Positions 10,030 through 21,470 of a stretch of DNA of 64,000 bases are shown here, piece by piece. Numbering within the stretch: position 1 is the stretch's first letter; every line of letters starts with the position of its first letter. The stretch lies in NCBI GenBank assembly GCA_002811645.1, contig PDIP01000089.1, forward strand, positions 46,911 through 110,910, given 5' to 3'. The notes below the pieces were generated by a model, which ran no database searches, was not told the DNA's origin, and saw only the letters and a program-made list of their open reading frames with translations. Position numbers and translations under genes: made by a program. The stretch is from Corallochytrium limacisporum Hawaii (taxonomy: Eukaryota; Protista; Pluriformea).

Positions 10030-13000
10030 GATTGCAAACTTACCGCTCGTATACTTGCACTTTTAAATACCTATCTCACGAAAACGCTTTTCCGAAAATC
10101 TTGTAGTTGCTCTTTTGTGTAAACTTGAAATAAGTGATGACAAAAGTTCCAGCTTGCCTAAGACCACCATTCTTATATTTGAAGTACCTTCGATTCCCTA
10201 AGATTCCTGGTATTTGTGATCATGATCCCACGCTAAAAATTGCGCGGGGTTAACCTCAAACATGACACAAAGAAAGAACTAAGTCCAGATGATAAAGTCT
10301 TCGGTTCTTGATCCGTCCCCGAATCCCAAGCTGCACACTGCCACGCGACTGTCGGTGCCCTCGAACTCAAGAACTGCCGCAGAACCAAACCCCTCCCCCC
10401 CCCCTCCCGCCTTCCCCAAGTCCCCACCACCGCCGCGACGGCACCAGGTCCTAACTCAGAAGCTACCACCTTCACGTACAAACTCTACCGGACTTTTCCC
10501 CAGGATTCTGCGCAACCCAGCGCAATTTTTTTTTCACGGGCAGGAGAGAGGGCCCTTCCCGCTAGGTCCGACTCCGGGGTCAGCCGGAATTGTGTGGTTT
10601 GAAAAACTTTTTCTCGATCCCGAACGAAAGGGCCAGCCATGGTATCTCTGTTTTCACTGCCCGAGAATCTAATCTCGAATCATTATACTAAATGTACTGC
10701 TACTTTGCTGGAACTTCCCGGGAGTTTCCTTTGGTCAGCGTGGAGTATTTCTTCAGGTCATCGTACGGCGCAGAAAGTTGCGGAGGGGCAGGAGAGGAAA
10801 GTTCGTCGAGTGAAAAAAATGGTGTCCATGGCCAATCTTTTTATAGCCAATGACAAATTCCAATATATTTTATATGGTGTTTTTCCGAGATCTGTACGAA
10901 GTCACGCGCTTCCTCTTGGGCCTGTGGCAAGGGAGGGAGGGAGTGAGACAGAGAAAAGGGACAAGAAGCCGAAGCACAAAGAAAGCGAAGGGCTTGCGGT
11001 GGGTTGAGGCAGGCAGAGAGTGGCTTTCCGTGCGTATGCCCCCACTTCGGCCCTACTGAATGGACCACACTTTTTTCCGGCTAAGTGTCTTTATCCTTCT
11101 GTTTTGGGTCTCTGGATCTCGAACTTCTCCGGAAATGGACCAGAACCCGCACCAAGGCAGCTGGAGCAGTTCACACAGCAGCCGGTGCGCCCCGTTGGAC
11201 AACCGCCCACCATTCTCCGTGAGGTACTGTTTCCGGATGCCACCCAGCTCCAAAACACCAATACAAATACTACTGAACTCCTCACCCAACCGTTCCCTCA
11301 CTTTCCCAATCCGGAGCACGTCTCGGTGGTATCGCGCAAGGGGGGGGGAGGGGAGGGGGAAATGAAATCCACGCGCGCTGATTCGTCGGTTCTGACAGTG
11401 GGACGGAACACCGCTGTCAGCAAAACTTTTGGGAGTCCTCCCCCCCCCGCTCCTTCCTTCCTTCCTTCCCCCCCCCGCCTCCCTTGGGCCTCCCTTGCAT
11501 CTCTACCCCTCAACTCTCTCTCTCTCTCTATATCTCTGTCCGTCTCTCTCCTTATGTTCTCCTGTATTTTCGCCTTTCTTGGGGGCATCGGGGCCTCCTT
11601 AACGGGGCGGGGGAGGCGCGCCCTCATTGGCAGGAAAAGTAAGGGGGGATCGGGGGGTATATGCCTGGGCCCACACACCCTCAAGCCTCCTGGCCGGCTG
11701 GCTTTTCTTGTTCATTATAGAAAATGAATGGATAAAATGCGGGACGGTGGGACAATTGTCGTAGAATAGAGCTGGGTCTGAGACGCACGCGGCCACTGTG
11801 TGGGAGAGGGGGGGATTCAAAAAGCGTGATTTCTATAGCGAACGTACCGAATGTGCCTTGGACCTGCCAGATCGGGCCATGGGAACGGTATTGCGGGTAG
11901 GTCCTGCGATACGAACAAATACTCTGAGAATTCTTGAGACCACATGTCCCCGGTCCCATAGTGAATATACCCATCAATGGTGCCAATTGGATGTCCTCTC
12001 GGTACTATGGGAAGTTTGATTCTCGATATGATGATTGCTTACGAGTGTTTCACGGGACAACGAAACCCCCCCCCTCCCTCTTTCTACTGTCCCTGCTGCA
12101 GCGTGTGATGTGAGCCCAGAGTGGGGTGTCCCCCCCCCCGTGTTATGATTAGTGAGGAAATGGAATAAGAGAATCGGGGAGAAAAAACGAGGGCAAGGTG
12201 AAGTCACCTGACCCCTGATGGTTTACGATTATTGGATTTATGGATTTTGAGGGATCTCGTGACAGAGGGTTAAATGGTTATATATAGCACGATTGGACCT
12301 GAAGAGAATCGTGTCCGGCATATACCAATTAAAGTAGAAAATCTGAAAATCAATTATCTCCATGAGTTGATATGTGCACTGTACATATAGAACAGGACCA
12401 CGGCTTGTGCCAGGACTAGATTCAAAATCAATGATCGATTGTAATTGGGCACCCTGGTGGGAAAAAGGCGAGCCCAACCCCTACAGTCCCGCCGCTCTCC
12501 CCCTTTTCCCTAAGACCCCAATACTCACCCAACCCCCTTACCCAAGGCACCCAGTGTGCTTGGGGTAGGCAAGGGATCCCGGGAGGTGGAGGTCGAGAGT
12601 TGCTTCAATCTCATCTCTGGGGTCTGTGCTCATGTCCATTCTTTAATGGATCTGGATCCTTCGCCAAGTGTCTTGCTAAGATGCACAAGGGCTTGTGAAT
12701 CGTCCTGTGGGGGAGATAGACAGACGGGGTTGGCTTTTGTATGGCTCAGACATGAAGGTGGAAGGGGACACCAGAGCTCACGCTTGGCAAGAGTCATGCT
12801 ATCCTAACCACTACACCACCCACCCGTGCAGATCTCATGTCTTACGCAAGATGTCACTGCTGCATCTGCGAATACGCTGCTGCGCCAATACTGCATACGG
12901 CAAGGTACCAACTGCTACAATCGGCAATGTTGGCAGGCACTGGCATTGTAAATATCCCCTGTCGGCTCCCTTCCCCAAATGGGAAGGCATAATCAATGTA

Positions 13001-13828
13001 ATGCGCTTTGAGAATGTTGGACGCAAGAGACGGATCAATAGGAACAGTACCAATGCTACCAATAGCAGGAGAGGCACTTTGGTTTCCGGTATGAAATTCT
13101 CCTTCATGGTGTGCGGAGACACTGTCATGTAACAAAGGATCCTTGGTGTACGCGGGGGCAGAGGAGGTAGGCGGTGAGGTACAAACCCGGTAAAACATAC
13201 CCCACCGCCCTACAATTCAAACGGTTAGAACGAGCCGGGGAGGGAAGAGCGGCGCCAGTTCGCCGTAGTGACCCCCCTTTGCCAGAGTCCAAGACGAGAA
13301 GGCCTAGATCGAGGAGGGACAGAAGGAGAAAGGGGAAAGGGTGACGGCCTCGTAGCAACCCTGCGTGCGCACACGCTAGGATCGTATCAATCTGAAGGCG
13401 GAATATGACTCCCTTTGCTTAGCCATCTATGAGTCTGGAAGGTGTAGATATTGTCTACCGCCTGGATGGATAATGGTTCGGATGACATGCACCGTCGTAG
13501 AGAGACAAAAGGGTGAAGCATAATAAGGATAGTATTTAGGGATGACATCAAATTCGGGTTTCCGTGCGACTTTGGTCTAGACTGTCCTGGAGACTTTGGA
13601 CCACAGAGCAAAGAGTAGCAAACCCAAAACGCCTTCCTTTGGGATGACTAGACAATAGTAAGAAAAGGATCAAGTGATCAGCAGAGGTTGTCCAGAAACT
13701 TCTGGCTTATATCCAGGTCATAGTGCAATGATTCATTTGCCACAGATCAAAAATAGTACTACCAGGTCGGTGGTGACCACTGTTCGACCTCGAGACGACA
13801 AGTCGACAGCTCAGGACCACATGTGGTC

Positions 13829-14650
13829 ATGGCCTGCTTCACCGGTGGTCTTCATTTCAAGAAAGTGCGCGTGACCTCCGCGAACAAATTTGTCCAGCAT
13901 CATGGCCAAAGGGCCATTCCGAACTTTCGTAGAACAACTCCAGTGGTTGTGGAAGAGAAATTTACAAAACACAGCTCAATCAAGCCCAACGACAAGCAAG
14001 AGCAGCAGGGTCTCCTGGGAGAACAGCGGAAAGGAAGACGGGATGTAGACAACACAAACCACAAAGCAAGGCCCACCACAAAACTCGAATGCCAGCAGGA
14101 AACTGTAGCAAGCTTTAACTCCATGAGTCAGCAGCGTGTCTTGGACCGCAAGGTCCTGGCATGCATAGTGAGACCTCGGAAACAAAATGGACTAGTGCCC
14201 CACCAACCACAAGCAATGTCTCCCAGTTGGCACATGCGGGCCCGCAGGAGCACACCCTCTAAACACATATCGCACCCAAAACAGCGTGACCAGATCGTGG
14301 CCGAGCAGGGGCCTGTATTACAGCCAGGCAGCCGCCAGCAGAATTACCGTACTACAAATCGTCGTTTGAACAAAACCTGGACTGGAAGTGCAAATCTGCG
14401 CGAGTTCGCGGAGAACAAGAAGCTCGAAAGGGCGCGACGGGGAGCGGAACGTCGGCGCATTGAGAAGTACCACATCGCTGACGCCACACACGAGCCCGTG
14501 GTCTGGAATGCGTTAGAAGGACTCGTCGAGCACCGTGGCACACCACCAGCATCTGTTTGTGCCTCAGCGTTACAGCGTACGGGAATGGATACTAAAACAG
14601 AATACCAGTCGGGGAGCATGATATCCCGTTCCCCCCTCGTCTGGAGTTGA
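13829..14650 (+). CDS. Hypothetical protein, 5' part (continues in the +1 frame to 15005)
   Basis: 273-aa ORF from GTC-ATG-G. It overlaps an ATG-poor open +1 frame running 14622-15005. Confidence 0.5.
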   Translation: MACFTGGLHFKKVRVTSANKFVQHHGQRAIPNFRRTTPVVVEEKFTKHSSIKPNDKQEQQGLLGEQRKGRRDVDNTNHKARPTTKLECQQETVASFNSMSQQRVLDRKVLACIVRPRKQNGLVPHQPQAMSPSWHMRARRSTPSKHISHPKQRDQIVAEQGPVLQPGSRQQNYRTTNRRLNKTWTGSANLREFAENKKLERARRGAERRRIEKYHIADATHEPVVWNALEGLVEHRGTPPASVCASALQRTGMDTKTEYQSGSMISRSPLVWS

Positions 14651-15005
14651 GGTCTCGGACAGCGATGTGGAAGCGTGTGCTGAAGTTATCGAGGACAGAG
14701 ACAGCACTCCTGAAGTCTTCACGGTACCCATCAGTGCCTCTGACTTGCGTGTCCGTCAGACACCACGCCCTGAGCGTGTTCCTGAAGCAATCGCTCGCGA
14801 CGCCAGGGATGGAGCGCTGGCCCCTACCCCTCGTCACGCGAGTGGATATTCTGAGGCCGTCGAGATTGGAAACCACGAAGGGACGGACGATGAAGAGAAC
14901 GCAGGGAAGAAAGAGCGGGGCGATTTCGTGATCGCCAAGGCTATGGTGAGGAACGTCATTTACCTGCGCCTTGCGAACGCGACCTGGTCACGTGGCATGT
15001 CCTAG
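14622..15005 (+). CDS. Hypothetical protein, 3' part (frameshifted continuation of the 13829 ORF)
   Basis: 127 stop-free codons with acidic, protein-like composition and no ATG until 14943. AT-rich 3'-UTR-like sequence follows. Confidence 0.45.
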   Translation, partial: YPVPPSSGVEVSDSDVEACAEVIEDRDSTPEVFTVPISASDLRVRQTPRPERVPEAIARDARDGALAPTPRHASGYSEAVEIGNHEGTDDEENAGKKERGDFVIAKAMVRNVIYLRLANATWSRGMS

Positions 15006-15254
15006 GGACGAGTCATTAAACCAACGCATCGAGTGACATAGACACACAGAATCATATGTAACGCATCAAAATTTAAATAGATAGACGTGTTTATTTATTA
15101 TGCGGTAGTGGCTGATGTCAAATTGGACATGATGATGATGGAAATGTCAAATCTCATGGCGATATTGCGACGGATGCAAAAATGCTGTTCTCTGTGCTCG
15201 ACTTTGGCTGTGGTATGGTACAATTCATGACCAGCATGCGATCCCATGATTCCG

Positions 15255-15803
15255 TTACTCGTCGTCATCGTCGTCGTCATCGTCATCGTCTTCATTTGCA
15301 TCGCTCTGGTCTCCATCTGCTCCGGCTACGAAGTCCGTGAGGTCCTCCTGTTCCAGGTCTATGTCAGTGTCATCAGCCATCCAATGGTCCGCATTCGTTT
15401 CTTCATCGTAATACTCCAATTCGGCGCGAATTAGGCGATTGAATTCGTCTTTGCTGATGCTTTCGCTGTGGTCCTTATCCGCGTCCCGCAGAAATTCCGC
15501 GACATCGAGTTCAGCCAATTCACGCTGTTCCTCGGACAACTCGGCGCCAGGCCCTGCCATTGCAAAGAAGCCATACAATTCCTTCTTGTCCAGTTCGTCG
15601 TCTGAATTGCCATCAATGGAAGAGAAGAGGAAGTCGATTTGTTCGTCTTCGGACATCATACCGTCTCCGAACAGACCCTCAGGGTTGCCTGCAGGGTCCA
15701 CGGGTGGAACTACCTGAGGTCCATCGCTGGAGCCCTCTGCCACCGCACCACTGTGCAGTACCAACGCCACCGCCGCAAGGACCAAAGTCCGTAATGAAAG
15801 CAT
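15255..15803 (-). CDS. Secreted or ER-lumenal EF-hand Ca2+-binding protein with poly-Asp tail
   Basis: Signal peptide MLSLRTLVLAAVALVLHSGAVA; EF loops DGNSDDELDKKE and DKDHSESISKDE; C-terminal Asp run ending in Glu. Confidence 0.85.
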   Translation of the reverse strand: MLSLRTLVLAAVALVLHSGAVAEGSSDGPQVVPPVDPAGNPEGLFGDGMMSEDEQIDFLFSSIDGNSDDELDKKELYGFFAMAGPGAELSEEQRELAELDVAEFLRDADKDHSESISKDEFNRLIRAELEYYDEETNADHWMADDTDIDLEQEDLTDFVAGADGDQSDANEDDDDDDDDDDE

Positions 15804-16686
15804 ATTCACGGTAAACTGTTGACTGTATATTTCCGCAAACCAAGAGTCAGAACTCTCCCATATGTGCGCAGCTCTTTCCTTGTACTCAATAGCACTTGGC
15901 GTTGCGGAGATTCAGCTGAGTTCAAATGTCCTTCTCGAATACCTAATCACTCGCAGCTTTTTTGTGTGCTGTCAAAACACTGTAAGAATATCAGGAGTGT
16001 GCTCAACTGCCGTGTTAATGTGACGTGTGACATCTGTGGAACATAAGGGGCCCCTGGCCAGTGTGAATCTGACCAAGACACGCACTACGTCTCCCAGGTG
16101 TTACGATCACGCACTCAAACCGCGGGGCGGTGATGTGTGATCCTGTGTGATTGCTGGTGTGTACAGCTGGCAGCTGCTGGCTGGGTAGGTTGTTGCCCTC
16201 CACGGTCGGCGAAAACTATGCCCCCGGAGAATTCGCCACCTCAACATTCGTACTGCCAGGTTTTGGCTCTGTGTTGTTATTGAAGAATCCGTATATTATA
16301 ATGGTCGATAGTTGCGAGTCAGCGTTGCAATATATATTATCAAGTTGTATGGGTGATCACCGAACACGTATAAAATCATTTTTTTCCGAGATCCCGTAAA
16401 TATCAGTACATAATATGGGGAGCCTGAGGTATATGGAAAGAGATATCTCTCCCCAAGCCGAAGGGAGGAAATTCGATGCGGGTCTCAGTTGCTGTAATCT
16501 TTCCGTGCAAACCGCGATAGGCGCGAGAAAATAGTAAACACGACGAACGTCGCAGGTACTTTGAACGTTTAACCTTTGAACGTTCCTGTGGCTTAAGCTT
16601 CAATGGTTGTGAATTAGAACGCGGGAATAGGACCAGGACCATGACTTCATGCGCATAGAAACTACGCAAGACAGAAGTCCGACACA

Positions 16687-18288
16687 ATGGCTGCGGCATC
16701 ATCAGGACCGGAAGACGTTCTTGGTGCGGACTCGTACGCCCAGACACGGCTTAGAAATCTGCGAGATTGGGCCTTGCGGACCACACCAACAATAGATCAA
16801 GGCATTAATGCACGGCTCTATGCGAAGACTGCAGGAACGACGCTAGACAATGGATCTGAGGAGCTCAACAAGAGCCGTGGCGAAGGTCAGATGCTGAGGG
16901 ACGCGTACGTGCATATCATGCGCGCTCTCGAACTCTCCGTACAGCGCCTGCCCACCCATCCAAAATATAAAGAACAGACTACCGTGGAACAGCGCAACGA
17001 ACTTAAACGAAAATGCAAGAAAGCTTTTGAGGAGCTGGAGACAATCAAGACTTTGCTCTTGGATCATTTCCGGGAGGAACACGCGCAGGCCCTGGAACGA
17101 CAGCGACAGTTGATGGAGGCGGCCATGCTAGCACCTGAGCCCGGAGATTCAGATGATGAAGAGCTGGAGGATGTTGAAGGAGAATATGTCTATGACGAAG
17201 ACGACGATTTGGTGGACTACGATGACGGCGAAGGACGGGCAGAGAAAGAGTTCCAAGACCTCTCGCGACAGAGCTACGGAACGGAAGAAAACCCGCCTGC
17301 GTACACATCACATGCAGGACAGACGATAGAGGATCTGAATCAATCATCCAGCGAGGATGAGGGACCACTGTATGGTGATGCTGCGGCGGATCTCTACACT
17401 GCAACGCACTCCAAGCGCGGCAAGACTGCTGTCCCGGATCGCTCGTCAAAACCAAAGATCCCAGGGATGGCGAGTGGGACTGTCCCCCCACCTGTGTTAC
17501 GACAATCCAAACCCATGTCGACTTCTTCAAGCCTAGACTACAACGGCGGATCCTACCCAAGTGTTGACCGACACTCCAAACCGACCATCCTTGGGCCGGC
17601 CATGCCGGACCGCAACTCGAAACCCACTCATTTGGCAGGTGCCGCCACGGCTCCAATTGTGAACCGGGACCTGAAGCATGGCAAGAAAGCCAAGGATGCC
17701 AAGAAGCGCAATGAACGCCGCCGCAAGGAACGCAAGGATAGCGGGGCGACAGCCCCGGTGCCTTTAGGCAAACGTACCGTGGAGATTCCGCAGGATCTGA
17801 TGGATCGTTTCCTGACCATCGCATCGACCAACACTGCCCGAAATGTGGAGACGATGGGCATCTTGCTTGGTAAGGTTCGCAAGACGAAGCTCGTTTGCAA
17901 GATTTTAGCGATTCCGAAGCAGACAGGTACATCCGACAGTGTGGAGACAGAGAGAGAAGAAGATGTTCTGGAATACCAGCTCAAGCACGACCTGATTACC
18001 ATGGGCTGGATCCACACCCATCCGACCCAGACTTGTTTTATGTCCAGTGTGGACCTTCACACTCACTGCAGCTACCAGCTCATGCTCCCTGAAGCGGTTG
18101 CCATTGTGGTGGCGCCCCGGTACGGCGACAAAGGCTCCTTCAGCCTCACTCAACCATACGGCCTGCAGTACATTGCTAAATGCACGGGCACCGGCTTTCA
18201 TCCACACCCAGAAAATCCGCCGCTGTACGAACAGAGTCCGTTAGTGCGCTTCAAGTCATCCGAAACGACAGTCGTCGACTTTAGGTAA
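16687..18288 (+). CDS. STAMBP: AMSH/STAM-binding JAMM metallo-deubiquitinase
   Basis: N-terminal MIT/USP8-like helical domain; JAMM motif NVETMGIL...GWIHTHPTQTCFMSSVDLHTH; C-terminal CTGTGFHPH. Confidence 0.93.
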   Translation: MAAASSGPEDVLGADSYAQTRLRNLRDWALRTTPTIDQGINARLYAKTAGTTLDNGSEELNKSRGEGQMLRDAYVHIMRALELSVQRLPTHPKYKEQTTVEQRNELKRKCKKAFEELETIKTLLLDHFREEHAQALERQRQLMEAAMLAPEPGDSDDEELEDVEGEYVYDEDDDLVDYDDGEGRAEKEFQDLSRQSYGTEENPPAYTSHAGQTIEDLNQSSSEDEGPLYGDAAADLYTATHSKRGKTAVPDRSSKPKIPGMASGTVPPPVLRQSKPMSTSSSLDYNGGSYPSVDRHSKPTILGPAMPDRNSKPTHLAGAATAPIVNRDLKHGKKAKDAKKRNERRRKERKDSGATAPVPLGKRTVEIPQDLMDRFLTIASTNTARNVETMGILLGKVRKTKLVCKILAIPKQTGTSDSVETEREEDVLEYQLKHDLITMGWIHTHPTQTCFMSSVDLHTHCSYQLMLPEAVAIVVAPRYGDKGSFSLTQPYGLQYIAKCTGTGFHPHPENPPLYEQSPLVRFKSSETTVVDFR

Positions 18289-18444
18289 GACGGTGCCTGA
18301 GCATTGTGTACTCCGTGTCAAAATACATGAACGAATCGGCTGCTTAAAAACCTACACATTTATTTTTAATTTCACGCTGTGGGGGTTGGAGGAAGCACAC
18401 ATAACTGATTGATTCATTACGTGCTTCTTCCCGTCCCGGTGTCC

Positions 18445-19572
18445 TTATCCCAGGTACGCCATGCCAATAGCCAGCAACGTGCCATCTGCCTTCTCCAGAA
18501 TGGATGTCCGCTGATAGAAATCAACCAATTCAGGCAGAGATTGGAATTTCCGCGTCTTACCAATAACAAACCCGCCGTCCGGCGAACGGGTGATGCGGAA
18601 GTGCTTGACGGCACCATCTGCGGCAATGGACAACGAAAGGTCGCCCTCGCTGCGCTCACTATCGCGGATCAAGAACGTTCCATCCCGCTTACCAGCTAGT
18701 GCAGCCTCGCACTCCTTTTTGCTCATCTTGCTGCGATAGTAGGGAAGGTCGCTCAAGTTGCCTGTCCGGGCCGGGGCCTGTGGTACCTGACCACCCGTGG
18801 GGCCACCTGTGCCCATACCTCCGGCGTTTGGCACCGCAGAGGAGTCAGCGTACTCTACTACTGAGCCATCGCTCCGCTTTGTGTAGTTCGCGGGAATTAG
18901 CCCGTAGTCCCCTCGACTATTCATCGCTGTCCACCAGTACTGCGATGTCAAGTGCACCAAGGACAGTTCTTCACCAACTTCAAAGCTCAGTTCGTCAGCT
19001 CCATTCCCATGAAAGGCGTAGAGTGTGGTGAGTTTGTCGAGGCAGCGAATGTTGTCCTGCAGATCATAGCGCGTCCTCGAACCCTCCAGCAGATGGTTGC
19101 CCGGCACCCAACCCATGCGATTATCCTTGAGCACACACCACCAGCCGTCATCTTCCTGCTCAACAACGGCGACTTCCTCACCGGCCACCAACTTCAATTC
19201 GTCTGCCCTTCGCGGGGTGAAGTCACTGAGGGCGGTGGCCAGAATCTTCTTCCCGTCCACAGCCTTCTTCATGTTTGACTCAAACTTGCGCACGCTCGCA
19301 GAGTCAATAGATAGATTGTCGTCGGAGTGTTGACCCTTTTTCTCCCTATTGCTGCCAGAACGGCGTAGGCTGCTAAATAGTCCTCCTTTGCTGTCGCCTT
19401 TGACGTAGCTCGTGGGCACGAAGCCAATCTCTCCGCGGTTGTTCTGATATATACCCCAGTTCGGGTTTGGTTCTGCAAGTATGGAAATCTTATCTCCCTT
19501 CTTCACGCTAAGTTCACTCTGGTTCTCGGTAATAAAATCAAACTGTAGCACCGCAGTCTTCTTGGGGGCCAT
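18445..19572 (-). CDS. NCK: SH3-SH3-SH3-SH2 adaptor (Nck architecture)
   Basis: Three SH3 domains (ELSVKKGD..GFVPTSYV; ELKLVAGE..GWVPGNHL; ELSFEVGE..GLIPANYT) and a C-terminal SH2 (GTFLIRDSE..VKHFRI..FQSLPELVDFY). Confidence 0.85.
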   Translation of the reverse strand: MAPKKTAVLQFDFITENQSELSVKKGDKISILAEPNPNWGIYQNNRGEIGFVPTSYVKGDSKGGLFSSLRRSGSNREKKGQHSDDNLSIDSASVRKFESNMKKAVDGKKILATALSDFTPRRADELKLVAGEEVAVVEQEDDGWWCVLKDNRMGWVPGNHLLEGSRTRYDLQDNIRCLDKLTTLYAFHGNGADELSFEVGEELSLVHLTSQYWWTAMNSRGDYGLIPANYTKRSDGSVVEYADSSAVPNAGGMGTGGPTGGQVPQAPARTGNLSDLPYYRSKMSKKECEAALAGKRDGTFLIRDSERSEGDLSLSIAADGAVKHFRITRSPDGGFVIGKTRKFQSLPELVDFYQRTSILEKADGTLLAIGMAYLG

Positions 19573-21213
19573 AACTCAGAGATTGTTGGACTTGAACCCT
19601 CTGGTGGTTCTATATTGGAGTTTGAACTCTACCTTCCCAGAGTTCTGTGACTAGCTCTACTTGACACCTAAGACCAATTTCCGATGCAGCCTTGAATCCA
19701 GGAATGTTCTGCTTGGTCAAAGTGTTTACGAACGAGATATGCTACTTGGGACGAAGATTACTTTGCAACCTATCTATCTCACAGGCTGTTTCAAACCTAC
19801 TCTTACATATCAAACTCTTGATATACCCCCTTCCGATCATGGCTTTGGAGATGTTCAATAACATGACAAAAAAGGTAATGAGATAGTGGTATCAGCGTTC
19901 TGTTTCGTCTCGTGAATGTTTCAGCCGACACCGGCGAAACCAAGCCAATCCAAAAAAGCCATCACAACTGAACACTCCCGTACCCAACTAAATGCAAGCA
20001 CGTCGCGGTCAGAACAGCCCCCCCCCCTCCCCACCACCACCACAACCCCAATACACACTCACCCGGGGGGAGGGGCAATATACTGAAATACACCCCCCTC
20101 CACCCTCCCCTCCTCCAATCCTCCGCAGTCAGACACAATAGCCGTGGTCTCTGTGTGTGTGTGTGTATTCACTACACAAAGGGAACCCACAAACTACGAG
20201 GAGAGCGGAGGGAGAGCCCCCCCGGGGGTGGGGGGGGGTGGACTAACAGACACACATCCGCCACCGCCACCACCGTTCTTTGTGTGTGTGTCTGTGTGTG
20301 TTGTGTGTGTGTCTTTGCTCTCTCTTGCGAGTTGGCCTTTGGGGGGAGGGGGGGGGTGGCTTTGGGTGAGTGCCTTGGTGGCTTGTGTGCGGTTAAAAAA
20401 AAAAGAGGGAAGGAGGAGGAGGTAAAGGAAATCGAGCTCCGTCGGGAAGGGCGGAGGCGAGGAAGGAGTCGATCGCTCCCTTTTTATTATATTTTCTAAT
20501 CCCCAATCCTTGAGCTGGGCCCCAGTCCTCGCTATCGAATGGCAAGAGCTTGCCGTCTTCCGTATCAGTTCTTCCCTGTTCCTGTCCTTAGTGTCTTTAT
20601 CCTTCTGGTTCACGTACGCTTGACATAGTAGTGTCCAACCATCTCCCCCCTGGGGCGGCGGGGGTTGAGGGTGGCGTTTAATTGGCCGGGCCAGTACGCC
20701 ACTGTGTAAACAGATTTCTATTATTAGACAAGGGACCAGTCTGCGGGAAGTTCTGATTCGTATCTCCAGTATGGGATTGCAGGAAACGGAATGCCCGTGC
20801 TGTGTCAGGCGCACTATCGATACGGGCTGACGTACTATTGCGTTTATCGCCCTCGTCTACCTGTTCCTTTGTTCCACCACCGGCTTTTTGATCTCCTCGC
20901 TTGATTTCATTCACCTGCTTGTTCGGTATTGAAACAGTGAGCAAAAATGTTCTATTTCTGCAATCGCAGCCTCAGTCATCTCTGGCCGCGAGGGGTGTGT
21001 GTCTGTGTGTTTTTCGTTTCAAGGGCCAGCAGCAGGGACCGTGTCTCTTGGAAGCGGGGAGCGAAGCATCGCTCTTGCCCCCGGACTCGCGCCCTCTTTT
21101 CCGCAGGGCCTTTCTTTCGGCTCTCTGGTAGCGGGGCCGCTTTACCCCAGAGCACGCAATCGGAAGCTGGGCGGGCTCGTCGCAAAGTGTGAAACGGCCT
21201 CAGAGGGGGGGGG

Positions 21214-21470
21214 NNNNNNNNNNNNNNNNNNNNNNNNNNNNNNNNNNNNNNNNNNNNNNNNNNNNNNNNNNNNNNNNNNNNNNNNNNNNNNNNNNNNNNN
21301 NNNNNNNNNNNNNNNNNNNNNNNNNNNNNNNNNNNNNNNNNNNNNNNNNNNNNNNNNNNNNNNNNNNNNNNNNNNNNNNNNNNNNNNNNNNNNNNNNNNN
21401 NNNNNNNNNNNNNNNNNNNNNNNNNNNNNNNNNNNNNNNNNNNNNNNNNNNNNNNNNNNNNNNNNNNNNN
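21214..21470. other. Assembly gap (N run) flanked by poly-G tracts
   Basis: Run of N characters. Confidence 0.99.

Noticed and set aside
11415-11425. AT-flanked Maf half-site (TTTTGCTGACA, minus strand) upstream of the Maf-type gene
   Set aside because: A single short match is expected by chance and is not enough to claim autoregulation.
14618-15005. Ornithine decarboxylase antizyme as the identity of the +1 frameshift gene
   Set aside because: ORF1 is far too long, the shift site is AGT-TGA, and ORF2 lacks antizyme motifs (LLEFAEE..., F..GF).
16467-16482. GGAAATTCGATG resembles RNase P CR-I
   Set aside because: No complementary CR-V/P4 strand within the expected distance.
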